A stretch of 64,000 nucleotides of DNA. Origin: Octopus vulgaris (lineage: Eukaryota). The DNA lies in contig OX597825.1 of NCBI GenBank assembly GCA_951406725.2, positions 42,470,001-42,534,000 of the forward strand, read 5' to 3'. Positions 62,775 through 64,000 of the stretch are shown here, in pieces. The notes beneath the pieces are model-generated. The model worked only from the letters and a program-made list of their open reading frames with translations, did no database searches and was not told the origin of the DNA. The stretch's first letter is position 1. Each line of letters opens with the position of its first letter. Both the position numbers and the translations under genes were made by a program.

Positions 62775-63253
62775 TCATGAAATAATCATGGAGGACCATC
62801 ACCAAACAGTTGACAGATTTGTCGATGTGACTGGTGTATCCTGGAGCTCCTGGCAATGAATTTTGAGTGAGGAATTGCAAATGAAAAGAGCTGCAGCAAA
62901 ATTGTGCCTCACTTGCTCATGGATGATCAAAAGCACTCATGACTGAATGCATGTCATGAAATGAAAGAACAGTTGTAAGTTAATCTGGACAATTTTTCGA
63001 AGATCATCACTAGGGATGAAAGCTGGTGCTACAGAATTTGCAAATATGGAAGAGGTGAAAAAAAAAAAAATTACAGAGGCGTTAAAAGGCATCACTTCTC
63101 AAAACTTCCTGTACTGCTTCAAACAGTGGAAAATGCACCTAGACCAATGCATTACTTCAAATGGAGAATACTTTTGAAGGTGATAAAAGTGTAAACATGT
63201 AAAACTGAATGAATAAAATAATATTGCAAAATTTGGATTTCTTTTGGGTACCT

Positions 63254-63258
<5 letters not shown>
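62775..63258 (+). mobile_element. Mariner fragment with right TIR
   Basis: AK.VPHLL, IITRDESWCY, a deletion, CFKQWK..DQCITSNGEYF, then a TIR ending gggtacctcc|TA. Confidence 0.85.
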
Positions 63259-63299
<41 letters not shown>

Positions 63300-63353
63300 G
63301 GTGCCCCAGCATGGCCACAGCTCGTGAGCTGAAAGCAGATAAGATAAGATAAG

Positions 63354-63410
<57 letters not shown>

Positions 63411-63776
63411 TAGAGAGAGAACTAATAGTGAGGGATTCTCAATCTGGGAAAACTACTTCATAAGCTCTTGGTTGGCACACCATGCTAACACAATATTGTT
63501 TAGATTAGTGAGGAACATCAAGTATTCTTATGGCGGGGTCAACGTTTATGTTTCACCTCAATTCTGTATTGTAAATCCATGGTTGGGCTTCAGTCAAACT
63601 GCTTTTCACACTGAGTGATATATAAGTCAAGGTATGCATATGCATATATGTAACTTGTGTGTGTGTACATACATTCATGCATGCTCATACATACATTACA
63701 CAGACACACACATGCATATATATATGTGTGTGTGTGTTTGTTATATATATATATATACACACACATATATATATAT

Positions 63777-63843
<67 letters not shown>
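63777..63843. repeat. (GATA)n microsatellite
   Basis: About 16 units. Confidence 0.98.
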
Positions 63844-63844
<1 letters not shown>

Positions 63845-64000
63845 ATAGGTATATGCACCCTTGCATGTGAGTATATTCATATCTATATATGTGTTTACAT
63901 ATATACATGTGTAGATGCCTTCATGCATATAGACATACATAGATGTGTGCCTGAGGATATGTGTTTGTACAACAGGTTTTGTTTAATAACAATTATTTTC

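Overview
AT-rich, microsatellite-dense eukaryotic DNA made almost entirely of transposable-element debris. The SINE and RTE families look like those I recall from octopus (cephalopod) genomes; this is recognition, not a search result. No host protein-coding gene is confidently identifiable, only a weak chain of possible minus-strand exons at 13.2-20.2 kb. DNA transposons: four mariner relics, a Merlin (IS1595-like) transposase fossil with two Merlin-type MITEs, a 3.9-kb hAT-type element and non-autonomous Helitrons. Retroelements: R4/Dong-type LINEs inside (TAA)n tracts, a young near-intact RTE LINE (51.8-55.1 kb) with a PHD-like Cys finger and a 9-unit hairpin minisatellite in its 3' UTR, older RTE/BovB-like LINEs, Gypsy fragments, two Penelope-like GIY-YIG fragments and many tRNA-type SINEs. 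The most striking theme is a set of fold-back elements sitting in (TA)n: one carries a GIY-YIG fragment, one a minimal hammerhead ribozyme fold with covariation in a paralogue, and one is built from 5S rRNA sequence. A TSD-flanked non-coding RTE-derived retroposon with a strongly structured (UUCG-tetraloop) head and two twin-priming 5' inversions also stand out.
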